A stretch of 32,000 bases of DNA, taken from assembly GCA_018715045.1 (NCBI GenBank), contig DVMH01000028.1, positions 2,130 through 34,129 of the forward strand, written 5' to 3'. Under the pieces are notes generated by a model that was given only the letters and a program-made list of their open reading frames with translations, had not been told where the DNA came from and searched no databases. Both the position numbers and the translations under genes were made by a program. The DNA is from Candidatus Avidehalobacter gallistercoris (GTDB taxonomy: Bacteria > Bacillota > Dehalobacteriia > UBA4068 > UBA4997). This document shows positions 1 through 7,897 of this stretch, one piece after another; positions within the stretch are counted from its first letter, which is position 1, and each line of letters begins with the position of its first letter.

Positions 1-380
1 TGGCCAAGGGCTTGGATACCGGTACGGCGTTTGAAATCCTTTCCATTGACGTGGCCGATGTTGACGTTGGGCGTAACATCGGCGCCAAACTTCAGGCTGA
101 TCAGGCTGAAGCGGATAAGCAGATCGCGCAGGCTAAAGCCGAGGAACGCCGCGCCATGGCAGTGGCACAGGAGCAGGAGCGTATTGCTGATATTCAGGCC
201 ATGCGCGCTAAAGTGGTGGAGGCCGAAGCGCAGGTGCCGCTGGCGATGGCCGAGGCTTTTCGAAACGGCAACCTGGGCGTGATGGATTATTACAAAATGA
301 TGAATGTGCAGGCTGACACCAAAATGCGTGAGGGTATCTCTGGCGGCGGAACGGAAAGCACTGCACCGTCCGGTAAATAA
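1..380 (+). CDS. floA: Flotillin-like protein FloA (YqfA/UPF0365 family), C-terminal part; the 5' end lies upstream of the window
   Basis: The translation [57 protein letters not shown]...[20 protein letters not shown] is almost colinear with the C-terminal third of Bacillus subtilis FloA as I recall it. The M at 12 in the track is only an in-frame TTG, and the frame stays open to the window edge. TAA stop at 378-380. Confidence 0.9.
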   Translation, partial: AKGLDTGTAFEILSIDVADVDVGRNIGAKLQADQAEADKQIAQAKAEERRAMAVAQEQERIADIQAMRAKVVEAEAQVPLAMAEAFRNGNLGVMDYYKMMNVQADTKMREGISGGGTESTAPSGK

Positions 381-398
381 ACCAGGTCCGGTGATTTT

Positions 399-959
399 AT
401 GGAATCTGTATTCGATATAATTGTATGGCTGCTGGTTATGTACTTTATTTTCGGCGGCAGCAAAAAGAAAAAGGTAAGGCGCTCTATTCCGCCGAAGCAG
501 TCCTCGCGCCAGATGTCGCGCAAGGAGCCGGAGGCAAAGCCTGTGCCTGCTAAAACTGCCACGGAGAAAACTGTCAAGCCGGACTCCCAGCATGAAGTTA
601 AGGTTTACACCAGTTTGGGTGATTTTGTTCGTGACATGGCGCAGGATTTCCGTACCGTGCTGGGCGAGGAAAAAACGAAATCCGCCCGCCCGCAGGAAGC
701 AGAACGCCGTCTGCACCGCCGTAAAAACGCGGCTAAACCGCAGCCAAAGTTGGTGGATGAGTGCGACTACTGTACTGGGGAGATTGAGCCTGGCTCTGTG
801 TTTACAGAACGTGTTAGCGCCACCGCTCCTAAGGCGGTGGACGACGCAGCGCCTGTCAAAACGGTTGATATGGTCTGCCGTGAGCTGGGGCTTAACCCCA
901 TGCAGCAGGCATTTGTCTGGAAAGAAATTCTGGACGAACCGGTGGCCTTGCGCAAATAA
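399..959 (+). CDS. Hypothetical membrane-anchored protein with an N-terminal TM helix followed by a charged, low-complexity region
   Basis: The ATG lies 18 nt after the floA stop. The N-terminus VFDIIVWLLVMYFIFGG is hydrophobic and is followed by KKKKVRR. A strong terminator follows directly. I recognise no family. Confidence 0.6.
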   Translation: MESVFDIIVWLLVMYFIFGGSKKKKVRRSIPPKQSSRQMSRKEPEAKPVPAKTATEKTVKPDSQHEVKVYTSLGDFVRDMAQDFRTVLGEEKTKSARPQEAERRLHRRKNAAKPQPKLVDECDYCTGEIEPGSVFTERVSATAPKAVDDAAPVKTVDMVCRELGLNPMQQAFVWKEILDEPVALRK

Positions 960-962
960 ATA

Positions 963-995
963 AAAAGCTTCAGCCGTTTAGGCTGAAGCTTTTTT
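963..995 (+). terminator. Rho-independent terminator of the floA operon
   Basis: aaaagcttcagcc-gttta-ggctgaagctttt forms a 13-bp stem that runs into a T-tract (tttttg). Confidence 0.85.
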
Positions 996-1004
996 GTGCA
1001 TTTT

Positions 1005-1021
1005 AAATAATATTTTTTATT
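1005..1021 (+). repeat. Left copy of the 17-bp direct repeat aaataatattttttatt
   Basis: Identical to 2345-2361. It sits just after the floA-operon terminator. Confidence 0.8.
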
Positions 1022-1470
1022 GATTTTATAGACGAAAATCGTCTTATAACTTATTACAAGTGTTTATAAAAGTGAGGAAAAAACCTATATTTTCAATGGT
1101 TTTCACGTTCTTGCTTGTATCTTCTCGTATCGCCGTATAAGTTGGTTTTGTAGAGTTGAGCACCATTTTAGCACCACAAATAAGGCAATACACAGAAGCA
1201 TAAGAAGGTGTTATCACACCACAAAGGCAATTTAGGACAACCCTGTTTTACGCCTTTATGTTACGCATTAGAGGCTCCATAAGCCTTGCAAGAAAGGCAT
1301 TACAGGCACTAAAAATGTCAGAGTCAGGTGATTATTCCTTTTTCCTCAAAAAACACACTTTGACTGTGTAACATTTCAAAGAGAATACTACTCGTTTAGA
1401 GTATCCTTTCTCTTCCATTTCTTTATGAAAAGTTCCGTAGCAAACATAGGAAAGTAGTACCCTTTCCGTA

Positions 1471-1513
1471 AAAATCACTCGTTTCTGTCAGCGACAGAAA
1501 CGAGTGATTTTTG
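1471..1513. terminator. Bidirectional intrinsic terminator hairpin inside the AT-rich insert
   Basis: aaaatcactcgtttctgtc-agc-gacagaaacgagtgatttt is a perfect 19-bp stem. T-runs follow it on both strands (tttttgc on plus, tttttac on minus). It lies about 65 nt downstream of the minus-strand ORF that ends at 1577. Confidence 0.8.
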
Positions 1514-1568
1514 CTTGTTGGGAATATCCCACCCCACATCAAACTATAAGTTTGATGTTCTTTTATAT

Positions 1569-1602
1569 AATCCATTTTAGCTTAAAATCCATTTTAGCTT
1601 AA
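1569..1602. repeat. Perfect tandem duplication of a 17-nt unit (aatccattttagcttaa, two copies)
   Basis: Unit 1 is 1569-1585 and unit 2 is 1586-1602, and they are identical. The duplication spans the stop codon and last codons of the 1577-1954 ORF. Confidence 0.9.
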
Positions 1603-1954
1603 TTGGATAAATGTCGATTACAAAATGTTCTCCCTGTATGTTGGTGTTTGGATACGATGTTCCAACCCTTAACTCTACACTACCGATTTTCTTTACCAAT
1701 TCATCGGATACATTCCCTAACACAATATATTGACAAAGACAATATTCCATCATTCCATCTACATCAGGTTCTAAAGGAGACGTTTCAAATGGTTTTTCTA
1801 TGTCAACGCCCAGTTCATTCAAATAATCAGCAACGAGAGGATAAGCTTCTTTTACCTGTAAGTAATAGTTCTTACAATAATCACAACTGCACAAGTCCTC
1901 TATTTTGATATCCTCATAATATTGGCGTGTCTGTTCAATATCAATTCCCATCAT
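1577..1954 (-). CDS. Hypothetical small Cys-containing protein (125 aa) encoded in the AT-rich insert
   Basis: The track ORF is 1577-2032. I trimmed it to the internal MMGIDIEQ start because GGAGG sits 6 nt upstream (ttggaggcaagatgatg). It contains CSCDYC and CLC motifs. I recognise no family. Confidence 0.55.
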   Translation of the reverse strand: MMGIDIEQTRQYYEDIKIEDLCSCDYCKNYYLQVKEAYPLVADYLNELGVDIEKPFETSPLEPDVDGMMEYCLCQYIVLGNVSDELVKKIGSVELRVGTSYPNTNIQGEHFVIDIYPIKLKWILS

Positions 1955-2344
1955 CTTGCCTCCAACTTCAAATTTGTCCCTTTGTATGTTTATATAATAG
2001 CACCCATATATGAATTTTTCTATCCTAATCACGCTCTGTACGAAATAGCAGAGCCAGCCATCCTCGTCAACGGTTAAAATGAACGGGCTTCACCCGCCGA
2101 CCGCAAGTGTGTCTGTTCCTGCTTATATGGCAGCCAAGAGAACGAAAGCAACGAGTGTTTTCGTCCTCGCATAATATGGTTTTCCTTATATCTGCCTGTA
2201 TCGTTTTATATCGTCATAGGAAATCTGGGCACCATTTGAGCAGCAAAGCAGCAAAAATCAATGCTGTTTTGAGTGCCTTAATCTGCGAAAAAGTCAGTAT
2301 TTGCAAGGGATTTCACAGTTCAAGACATTTTGATAGCAAAATTC

Positions 2345-2361
2345 AAATAATATTTTTTATT
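2345..2361 (+). repeat. Right copy of the 17-bp direct repeat aaataatattttttatt
   Basis: Identical to 1005-1021. It overlaps the gltX stop codon (complement of 2357-2359). Confidence 0.8.
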
Positions 2362-3817
2362 CAGCCAGCTCCTGCAACGCCTGGTCGATACGGGCAAGGG
2401 ATTCCTCTCGACCCAGAACTTCCAGGAGTTCGGTCGCGCCGCCGGGGGTGACGCCTTTACGCGCCACCGCTACCCGCACAGCCCACATCACTGCCCCGGC
2501 CTTAACTCCGGACGCGGCGGCGTAATCTTTCAGGAGGGCAAACAGCTTATCGTTCTGCCACTCGGCTGCCGCCAGCAGGGGGCGCACATCAGACAGAACT
2601 TTGGCGCAAAGCTCCGGCGTGGTTTTGTTCTTTTTATTTGTGTAAAGGGCCGCGTCAAACGGCAGTTTCGCTGCGATAAAATCCACCATGCCAGATATTT
2701 CCGCGAAAGTGTTAACGCGGGTGTGCAACAGCGCCGCCAACTTATCCAGAGCCACATAATCCGGGCAGATTTCTTTTAGCTGCGGCAGCGCGCGCTCGGC
2801 AAATTCCGCAGGGGGAAGCGCCTTGATGTATTCGGAGTTAAACCAGTTCAGCTTGTCATAGTCGAAAATGGAGGGTGATTTGCTAATCGCGTCCACCGAG
2901 AAGCTCTGCTGTAATTCTTCCAGGGTGAAAATCTCCTGATTATTATCCTTGGGGCACCAGCCCAACAGAGCGATATAATTCAGCACGGCCTGCGGCAGAT
3001 AGCCTGCCGCCAGCAGATCCTGAAAGCTCACCGCACCGTGCCGCTTGGAGAGCTTCGACACCTTACCGTCCTCACCGCGTCCCATTAAGAGGGGCAGATG
3101 TACATAATACGGGCGTTCCCAGCCGAAGGCGTCATAAAGCAACGCGTATTTAGGCGTGGAGGTCAAATACTCGCTACCGCGTACAACATGCGTTACTCCC
3201 ATCAGATGGTCGTCCACCACATGGGCAAAGTTATAGGTGGGGAAGCCGTCCGCTTTCAGCAATATCTGATCTTGCATATCGCTGTTGGCGAGAGTTATCT
3301 TGCCGAAAACCTCGTCATAATAGGAGGTTTCGCCCTCAAGCGGGATTTTCTGCCGGATAACGTAGGGTTCGCCTGCCGCCAGCCGCTGTGCCGCCTCACC
3401 GGCGCTCATGTTCCGGCAGTGCCGGTCATAGCCGCCAATACCGTTTGCATCGTGCAGAGACTGTAAACGCTCCGGCGTACAGAAGCAATAATAGGCGTGC
3501 CCTGATGCCACCAGCTGTTCGGCGTATTTCCGATAAATATTCTTGCGCTCACTCTGGATGTAGGGGCCGTGCTCACCGCCTACGCCGGGGCCCTCGTCGT
3601 AAGTAAGGCCGGTAATTTTCAGCGTGTCCATAATGACCTCCACCGCGCCGGGAACAAAACGTTCCTGGTCGGTGTCCTCAATACGCAGGATAAAGCGCCC
3701 TCTCTGCGACTTGGCCAGCAGCCATGAATAGAGCGCTGTCCGCAGATTTCCGATATGCATGAATCCGGTAGGCGATGGGGCGAACCGGGTGACAATTTCT
3801 TGATTATGTTTTGTCAT
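2357..3817 (-). CDS. gltX: Glutamate--tRNA ligase
   Basis: 486 aa. The N-terminus is RFAPSPTGFMHIGNLRTALYSWL (class I HIGH motif as HIGN), followed by ILRIEDTDQER and a KLSKR (KMSKS-type) motif. GGAGG lies 6-7 nt upstream of the ATG. Confidence 0.95.
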   Translation of the reverse strand: MTKHNQEIVTRFAPSPTGFMHIGNLRTALYSWLLAKSQRGRFILRIEDTDQERFVPGAVEVIMDTLKITGLTYDEGPGVGGEHGPYIQSERKNIYRKYAEQLVASGHAYYCFCTPERLQSLHDANGIGGYDRHCRNMSAGEAAQRLAAGEPYVIRQKIPLEGETSYYDEVFGKITLANSDMQDQILLKADGFPTYNFAHVVDDHLMGVTHVVRGSEYLTSTPKYALLYDAFGWERPYYVHLPLLMGRGEDGKVSKLSKRHGAVSFQDLLAAGYLPQAVLNYIALLGWCPKDNNQEIFTLEELQQSFSVDAISKSPSIFDYDKLNWFNSEYIKALPPAEFAERALPQLKEICPDYVALDKLAALLHTRVNTFAEISGMVDFIAAKLPFDAALYTNKKNKTTPELCAKVLSDVRPLLAAAEWQNDKLFALLKDYAAASGVKAGAVMWAVRVAVARKGVTPGGATELLEVLGREESLARIDQALQELAE

Positions 3818-3846
3818 TTTGTCTGCCTCCGCAAATTTTTTATATT

Positions 3847-3875
3847 ATGATAACACAAATTCCGGCGATACTCAA
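3847..3875 (-). promoter_or_regulatory. Candidate sigma-70/SigA promoter of gltX
   Basis: On the minus strand: TTGAGT (3875-3870), a 17-nt spacer, then TGtTATCAT as an extended -10 (hexamer 3852-3847). This gives a 5' UTR of only about 25 nt, leaving no room for a T-box. Confidence 0.5.
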
Positions 3876-3902
3876 CGCTTTATTTTGCGGCGGTAAAACA
3901 CA

Positions 3903-3935
3903 GGCGGTCTGTCCTCCCAAAAAAGACAGACCGCC
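3903..3935 (-). terminator. Hairpin terminator downstream of the DUF1540-like gene
   Basis: ggcggtctgtc / gacagaccgcc forms an 11-bp perfect stem with an 11-nt loop. On the minus strand it is followed by tgtgttttacc, a moderate U-tract. Confidence 0.55.
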
Positions 3936-3958
3936 CACATTCATTTTGTCAGTCCGGC

Positions 3959-4120
3959 TTAGCTGCGATACTCGAAAGATTCGCAGTCGGTACATTCCAC
4001 CACGGTGGGGTGCGCTTCATGCGTGCCCACCAAGATGCAGTTCAGCGAGCAATAATCTTCGCTGCCGCAATGGTGCTTACATTCCTTAATCTTGCATTGA
4101 ATAGAAGGATTTTTGCCCAT
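3959..4120 (-). CDS. Small Cys-rich protein, DUF1540-like (53 aa); absent from the ORF track because it is shorter than 60 aa
   Basis: My own translation is MGKNPSIQCKIKECKHHCGSEDYCSLNCILVGTHEAHPTVVECTDCESFEYRS. The pattern C-x4-C-x2-C...C-x3-C...C-x2-C matches the DUF1540 family as I remember it. The RBS GGAGGTG lies 6 nt upstream of the ATG (ggaggtggcagaaatg). Confidence 0.7.
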   Translation of the reverse strand: MGKNPSIQCKIKECKHHCGSEDYCSLNCILVGTHEAHPTVVECTDCESFEYRS

Positions 4121-4258
4121 TTCTGCCACCTCCAAAAATTTTCCGGCGGTGTTCCGCCGTTTGTATTATGCACTGAAGCGGTGGTTTTTATAACAGGTTT
4201 GATCGCATATTGCCGCCGAATTTCGGGCAGAATAGCAATAAAAAAGGGTGTGATAGCA

Positions 4259-4900
4259 TTGACGGAAACGGGCGGTATAAATTGTACCGATAAGCGGCAG
4301 TTACAGCGGGCGGAGGCGGCGCTTCAAGGCTTTCGGCAGCATAAGCAGGGCGAAAAATCCGAGTTTGCGACGGAGTTTCAGCGCCTGACGGACGAGCGGC
4401 TGGCAGCTTTCGGCGTTTTGGAATCGCTGGGGCTTGCGGCACTTTTGAGCGGGTGCGATGCGGCGCTTAAGGCGGGTGCGCTGAAACTGCTGTGGTTAGA
4501 GAATTTGGGCGGTGGCCGGGCGGCCGCCTGCTTTGTCGGCGAGGCGGCGGAGCTTGACAGGGCGCTTAAGGCAGGCGTTGCTGCGGCTAAACGTGTGGAG
4601 GAATGGGCGTTTGCGCAAATTTTGACCGAGCCTGCTCCTCAGCTGAGAAAATGGCTGTTGACGGGTGCGTTTTGCGTGCAGAATATGGAGGTTGAGCATA
4701 TGATTGAGCCTGAAGAAGCATTGCCGGAGGTGAAGCGCAGGGTGCGCCTTTCCAACGCCGCCACACTGCTGGAATGTACCGACGGCGAGCTTAAGGAGCT
4801 GGTGCGCCGCAGGGCGCCGCAGCTTTCAGAGAAAGACTTGGCCAATATGAGGCGGCAGGACATGGTCGATTGGCTGGCTAATCGTGGTGGACTGCAATAA
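4259..4900 (+). CDS. BMC (bacterial microcompartment shell) domain protein with a C-terminal HeH/Rho_N/SAP-like motif; start codon uncertain
   Basis: AAFGVLESLGLAALLSGCDAALKAGALKLLWLENLGGGRAAACFVGEAAELDRALKAGVAAAKRVEE aligns by eye with the PduA/CcmK BMC consensus (ALGmvEtkGL.aaieaaDAmvKaAnV.Lvg.e.iGgG.vtv.v.GdvgaV.aAv.AGaaAA..vgE). The C-terminus LLECTDGELKELVRRRAPQLSEKDLANMRRQDMVDWL resembles the Rho N-terminal HeH motif. The track ORF begins at 4010 but overlaps the opposite-strand DUF1540 gene. TTG 4259 has AAGGGTG 8 nt upstream, and GTG 4250 is an alternative start. Confidence 0.65.
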   Translation: MTETGGINCTDKRQLQRAEAALQGFRQHKQGEKSEFATEFQRLTDERLAAFGVLESLGLAALLSGCDAALKAGALKLLWLENLGGGRAAACFVGEAAELDRALKAGVAAAKRVEEWAFAQILTEPAPQLRKWLLTGAFCVQNMEVEHMIEPEEALPEVKRRVRLSNAATLLECTDGELKELVRRRAPQLSEKDLANMRRQDMVDWLANRGGLQ

Positions 4901-4920
4901 AGATTATTGACAGGTTCAGA

Positions 4921-4947
4921 GGGGGCGGCAGGCAGGCCGCCCTTTTT
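4921..4947 (+). terminator. Rho-independent terminator after the BMC-domain gene
   Basis: gggcggc-aggcag-gccgccc followed by ttttt. Confidence 0.75.
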
Positions 4948-4973
4948 ATGTTGGCTGGTTTTGCGGAAAAATT

Positions 4974-5002
4974 TTGCTTTTTTATATTTAATGTGCTAGA
5001 AT
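4974..5002 (+). promoter_or_regulatory. Candidate promoter of trkA-trkH
   Basis: TTGCTT (4974-4979), a 17-nt spacer, then TGcTAGAAT as an extended -10 (hexamer 4997-5002). Confidence 0.45.
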
Positions 5003-5060
5003 ATAATGTACTGCTATGCAAAGCCATCGGCAAACGGCTGGTTTAAGGAGGGGAACCCCG

Positions 5061-6416
5061 GTGAAGGTGATTATCGTTGGCGCTGGCAAGGTGGGCTTCA
5101 GTATCGCGTCTACGCTTTCCAGCAAGGATATCGACGTCACGGTGGTGGATACGCGGCCTGACCGCCTGATTCAGGTGCAGGAGTATCTTGATGTGCAGGT
5201 TTTAGAGGGCAACGGCGCTTCGATGTCGGTGTTGGAGCAGGCAGGCATTGCTGATAGCGACCTGCTGGTGGCTGTCACCGAACTGGACGAGCTTAATATG
5301 ATGACCTGCTTCGTGGCCAAATCCTATGGCGTGAAAAGCGCCATTGCGCGGGTACGCCGTCCGGAATACGGCGAATTGGCTGCATCTTCCCGCCGTGAAC
5401 AGCTTGGTATAGACCTGATTGTGAACCCCGAGCTTTTAGCTGCGCAGGAGATTGGCAAACTGGTGCTGCACCCGGAGGCGCACGAGGTTGAGTATTATGC
5501 CGATGGCCGGGTGGTGATGCTGGGGCTTAAGATTAAAGAAGATTCGTCCATTGCGGGAAAATCGCTGAAAGATATCAATTTCCCCAAACCGTGCGTTATC
5601 GTGGGCATCATCCGGGGCGAGGATCTGATTGTTCCCAACGGTTTTTCGCTTATTCAGCCCAAAGACGAAATATTTATGCTGGCGGCAACCAAAGATATGC
5701 TTGATCTGGAAATTTTCCTCGGTGTGCGGAAACGCGCTGTCAATAATATCGCCATTTTTGGCGGACAACTTTTGGGGCGGTATGTGGCTAAATTTTTCGA
5801 GGTGCGACGCCGCAAGATCAACGTTAAGCTTTTTGAGGAGGACGCAAACATCTGTCTTGCGCTGAACGAGGAATTAAAGCGTACCATAATCATCAACGGC
5901 AGCGGCAAGGACATGAACCTGATGCTGGACGAAAACATCGCTGAGATGGACGCGGTGTTGGCCGTGAACGACGAGGACGAGACCAACGTGATGATCTCCA
6001 TTATCGCCAAGCATATCGGCGCCCAAAAGGTCATCGCACAAATCCGTCGTTCCGATTATGTTAATATGATCGAAAATTTCGGCATTGATAAGGCTGTCAG
6101 CCCCCGCAGCCTGATGGTATCGACGATACTTCGTTATATAAACCGCGGTTCGGTGCTGAACCTAAAGCTGCTGCAAAACGATATGGCTCAGATGAACGAG
6201 TTTAAGATAACGGAGGACTGCAAACACGTTGGCAAGGCGTTGAAGCATCTGCATTTCCCGGGTCAGTCTATTGTGGAACTGATACTTCGGGGTGACGATA
6301 TCATTATTCCCCGCGGCGACGACGCTTTTCTGCCGGGCGATCGTGTGTTTACGTTTGCGGCGGAGACCAGCGCGCAGGACGTGGTGAAGTATCTAGCCGT
6401 CCACGGCGCTGATTGA
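5061..6416 (+). CDS. trkA: Trk potassium uptake system NAD-binding (RCK) subunit TrkA
   Basis: The start was moved to GTG 5061 (VKVIIVGAGKVGFSIAS Rossmann motif) because AAGGAGGGG lies 7 nt upstream. A second RCK half follows (NIAIFGGQLLGRYVA), which is typical of two-domain TrkA of about 450 aa. Confidence 0.9.
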   Translation: MKVIIVGAGKVGFSIASTLSSKDIDVTVVDTRPDRLIQVQEYLDVQVLEGNGASMSVLEQAGIADSDLLVAVTELDELNMMTCFVAKSYGVKSAIARVRRPEYGELAASSRREQLGIDLIVNPELLAAQEIGKLVLHPEAHEVEYYADGRVVMLGLKIKEDSSIAGKSLKDINFPKPCVIVGIIRGEDLIVPNGFSLIQPKDEIFMLAATKDMLDLEIFLGVRKRAVNNIAIFGGQLLGRYVAKFFEVRRRKINVKLFEEDANICLALNEELKRTIIINGSGKDMNLMLDENIAEMDAVLAVNDEDETNVMISIIAKHIGAQKVIAQIRRSDYVNMIENFGIDKAVSPRSLMVSTILRYINRGSVLNLKLLQNDMAQMNEFKITEDCKHVGKALKHLHFPGQSIVELILRGDDIIIPRGDDAFLPGDRVFTFAAETSAQDVVKYLAVHGAD

Positions 6417-6430
6417 CGGAGGCGTAAGTG

Positions 6431-7885
6431 ATGCGATTTGGCGTAGTTCTGTATAATCTTGGCAAAATATCGCTGGTGCTGGCCGTTGCAATAATTCTGC
6501 CGGAAATATACGCGGTGATTTACGGCGAAAGCGATTTTTGGGCTTTATTTTACTCTCAGCTTATTATGCTGGTTGTGGGCGGCGGGCTGATGATCGGTTG
6601 CCGCAAAAAACGCAAACTGACTTTGCGCTACCGCGAGGGCTTTGCCATTGCCACCTTTGGCTGGCTGCTGGCGGCAACGCTTGGAGCTATTCCTTATATA
6701 TTAAGCAATTCCTGCCCCCCAGTGGACGCTTGGATGGAAAGTATGTCCGGCTTTACCACCACCGGCGCTTCGATACTGCCTGATCTGGAGGCGCTGCCGC
6801 GGGGAATCCTCATCTGGCGCGGTCTGACGCACTGGCTGGGAGGTATAGGCATTGTGGTGCTTCTGTTGGCGGTGGTTTCCGGCAGCTCCGGCAGTAAGAT
6901 GTATAAGGCGGAGGCTCCCGGCAACTCGCTCATTGACAAGATGGTCTCCAAAACGGGTGATACGGCAAAAATCCTTTGCTTTGTTTATCTGGCGATGTCG
7001 ATAAGCTGCCTGCTGCTTCTGATGCTGGCGGGTATGAACTTTATGGACGCGTTGTGCCATACTTTCGGTTCGGTTTCTACCGGCGGCTTTTCCAGTCATA
7101 ACACCAGTATGTCTTTCTATGACAACAATCCGGCGGCGCAATGGGTGATCATTGTCTTTATGATCATGGCGGGCGCTAATTTTGCCTACTATTATCTTTC
7201 GCTGGTCAAAAGACGCAACTATTTTCTGCGCAGTGAGGAATTCCGCATTTATATCCTTATAATAGTTGGTGCGACGCTTGCAGTAGTGGCGTCGCTGATC
7301 CATAATGGCATTTATCCGGATAAATCGCTGGAATACATTATCCGGCAGGCCATGTTCCAAGTGGTGACAATCATGACCACCACTGGCTTTTATTCAGCGG
7401 ATTATGAGCTTTGGCCGCCGTTCTGCCGGGTGTTGCTGTTCTGCCTGTTCTTTATCGGCGGCTGTGCTGGCAGCACCTCCGGCTCGATGAAAGTCAGCCG
7501 TATCATCGTTGGCGTTAAAAGCTGCGCGGCGGCCTGTGACAAGGCTTTGCAGCCAAAATTGGTAACGGCGGTGAAGCTGGATAAAAAAGCGCTTTCGTCT
7601 AATACGCTCAATCAGGTAATGGTGTTCATCGTAATGTATATGTTTTTGCTGCTGCTGGGCGCGCTGGTGCTCGGTTGGCAGGGGCTGTCGCCGTTTGAAT
7701 CATTCTCGGTGACAATGGCGTCGCTCGGCAACGTCGGGCCGGCTTTTGAGACGTATGGTCCTACCTGTAATTACATTGGTTTGACTGACTTTTCCAAGAT
7801 ATTTCTGGCTTTTTACATGATGATCGGACGCTTGGAGCTTATGACGGTGCTGGTATTGTTTACGCGTGGTTTCTGGCGCAAATAG
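6431..7885 (+). CDS. trkH: Trk potassium uptake system membrane subunit TrkH
   Basis: A polytopic membrane protein of about 484 aa. It has repeated selectivity-filter-like motifs: SGFTTTGAS, GSVSTGGFS, MTTTGFY and LGNVGPAF. It sits directly downstream of trkA. Stop codon is TAG at 7883-7885. Confidence 0.9.
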   Translation: MRFGVVLYNLGKISLVLAVAIILPEIYAVIYGESDFWALFYSQLIMLVVGGGLMIGCRKKRKLTLRYREGFAIATFGWLLAATLGAIPYILSNSCPPVDAWMESMSGFTTTGASILPDLEALPRGILIWRGLTHWLGGIGIVVLLLAVVSGSSGSKMYKAEAPGNSLIDKMVSKTGDTAKILCFVYLAMSISCLLLLMLAGMNFMDALCHTFGSVSTGGFSSHNTSMSFYDNNPAAQWVIIVFMIMAGANFAYYYLSLVKRRNYFLRSEEFRIYILIIVGATLAVVASLIHNGIYPDKSLEYIIRQAMFQVVTIMTTTGFYSADYELWPPFCRVLLFCLFFIGGCAGSTSGSMKVSRIIVGVKSCAAACDKALQPKLVTAVKLDKKALSSNTLNQVMVFIVMYMFLLLLGALVLGWQGLSPFESFSVTMASLGNVGPAFETYGPTCNYIGLTDFSKIFLAFYMMIGRLELMTVLVLFTRGFWRK

Positions 7886-7897
7886 GATGAGGTTAGT

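Larger units (their letters stand above)
1005..2361. other. AT-rich insert of about 1.36 kb bounded by a perfect 17-bp direct repeat; possible relic of an integrated element
   Basis: Base composition is visibly much more AT-rich than both flanks (judged by eye, not computed). It carries only one convincing small ORF, and most of the rest has no ORF of 60 aa or more. It is bounded by aaataatattttttatt at 1005-1021 and 2345-2361. Confidence 0.55.

Noticed and set aside
1022-2344. Possible terminal inverted repeats of the AT-rich insert (gattttatagacgaaaatcgtcttataact versus the reverse complement of 2314-2344), and an internal direct similarity (1158-1180 versus 2227-2249, 17 of 23).
   Set aside because: Both need gaps or several mismatches in low-complexity AT-rich sequence. 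They are not strong enough to call a MITE or IS-like element.
2107-2451. 114-aa plus-strand ORF.
   Set aside because: Its 3' third is antisense to the gltX C-terminus. It has no RBS and its composition is not protein-like.
3818-3958. A possible T-box leader upstream of gltX.
   Set aside because: The candidate promoter leaves a UTR of only about 25 nt. The rest of the interval is the terminator of the upstream DUF1540-like gene, and there is no T-box sequence or specifier-loop architecture.
4010-4258. N-terminal 83 aa of track ORF 4010-4900.
   Set aside because: It overlaps the opposite-strand DUF1540-like gene and its RBS, and its sequence is not protein-like. The BMC homology starts much later, so the CDS was trimmed to TTG 4259 (or GTG 4250).
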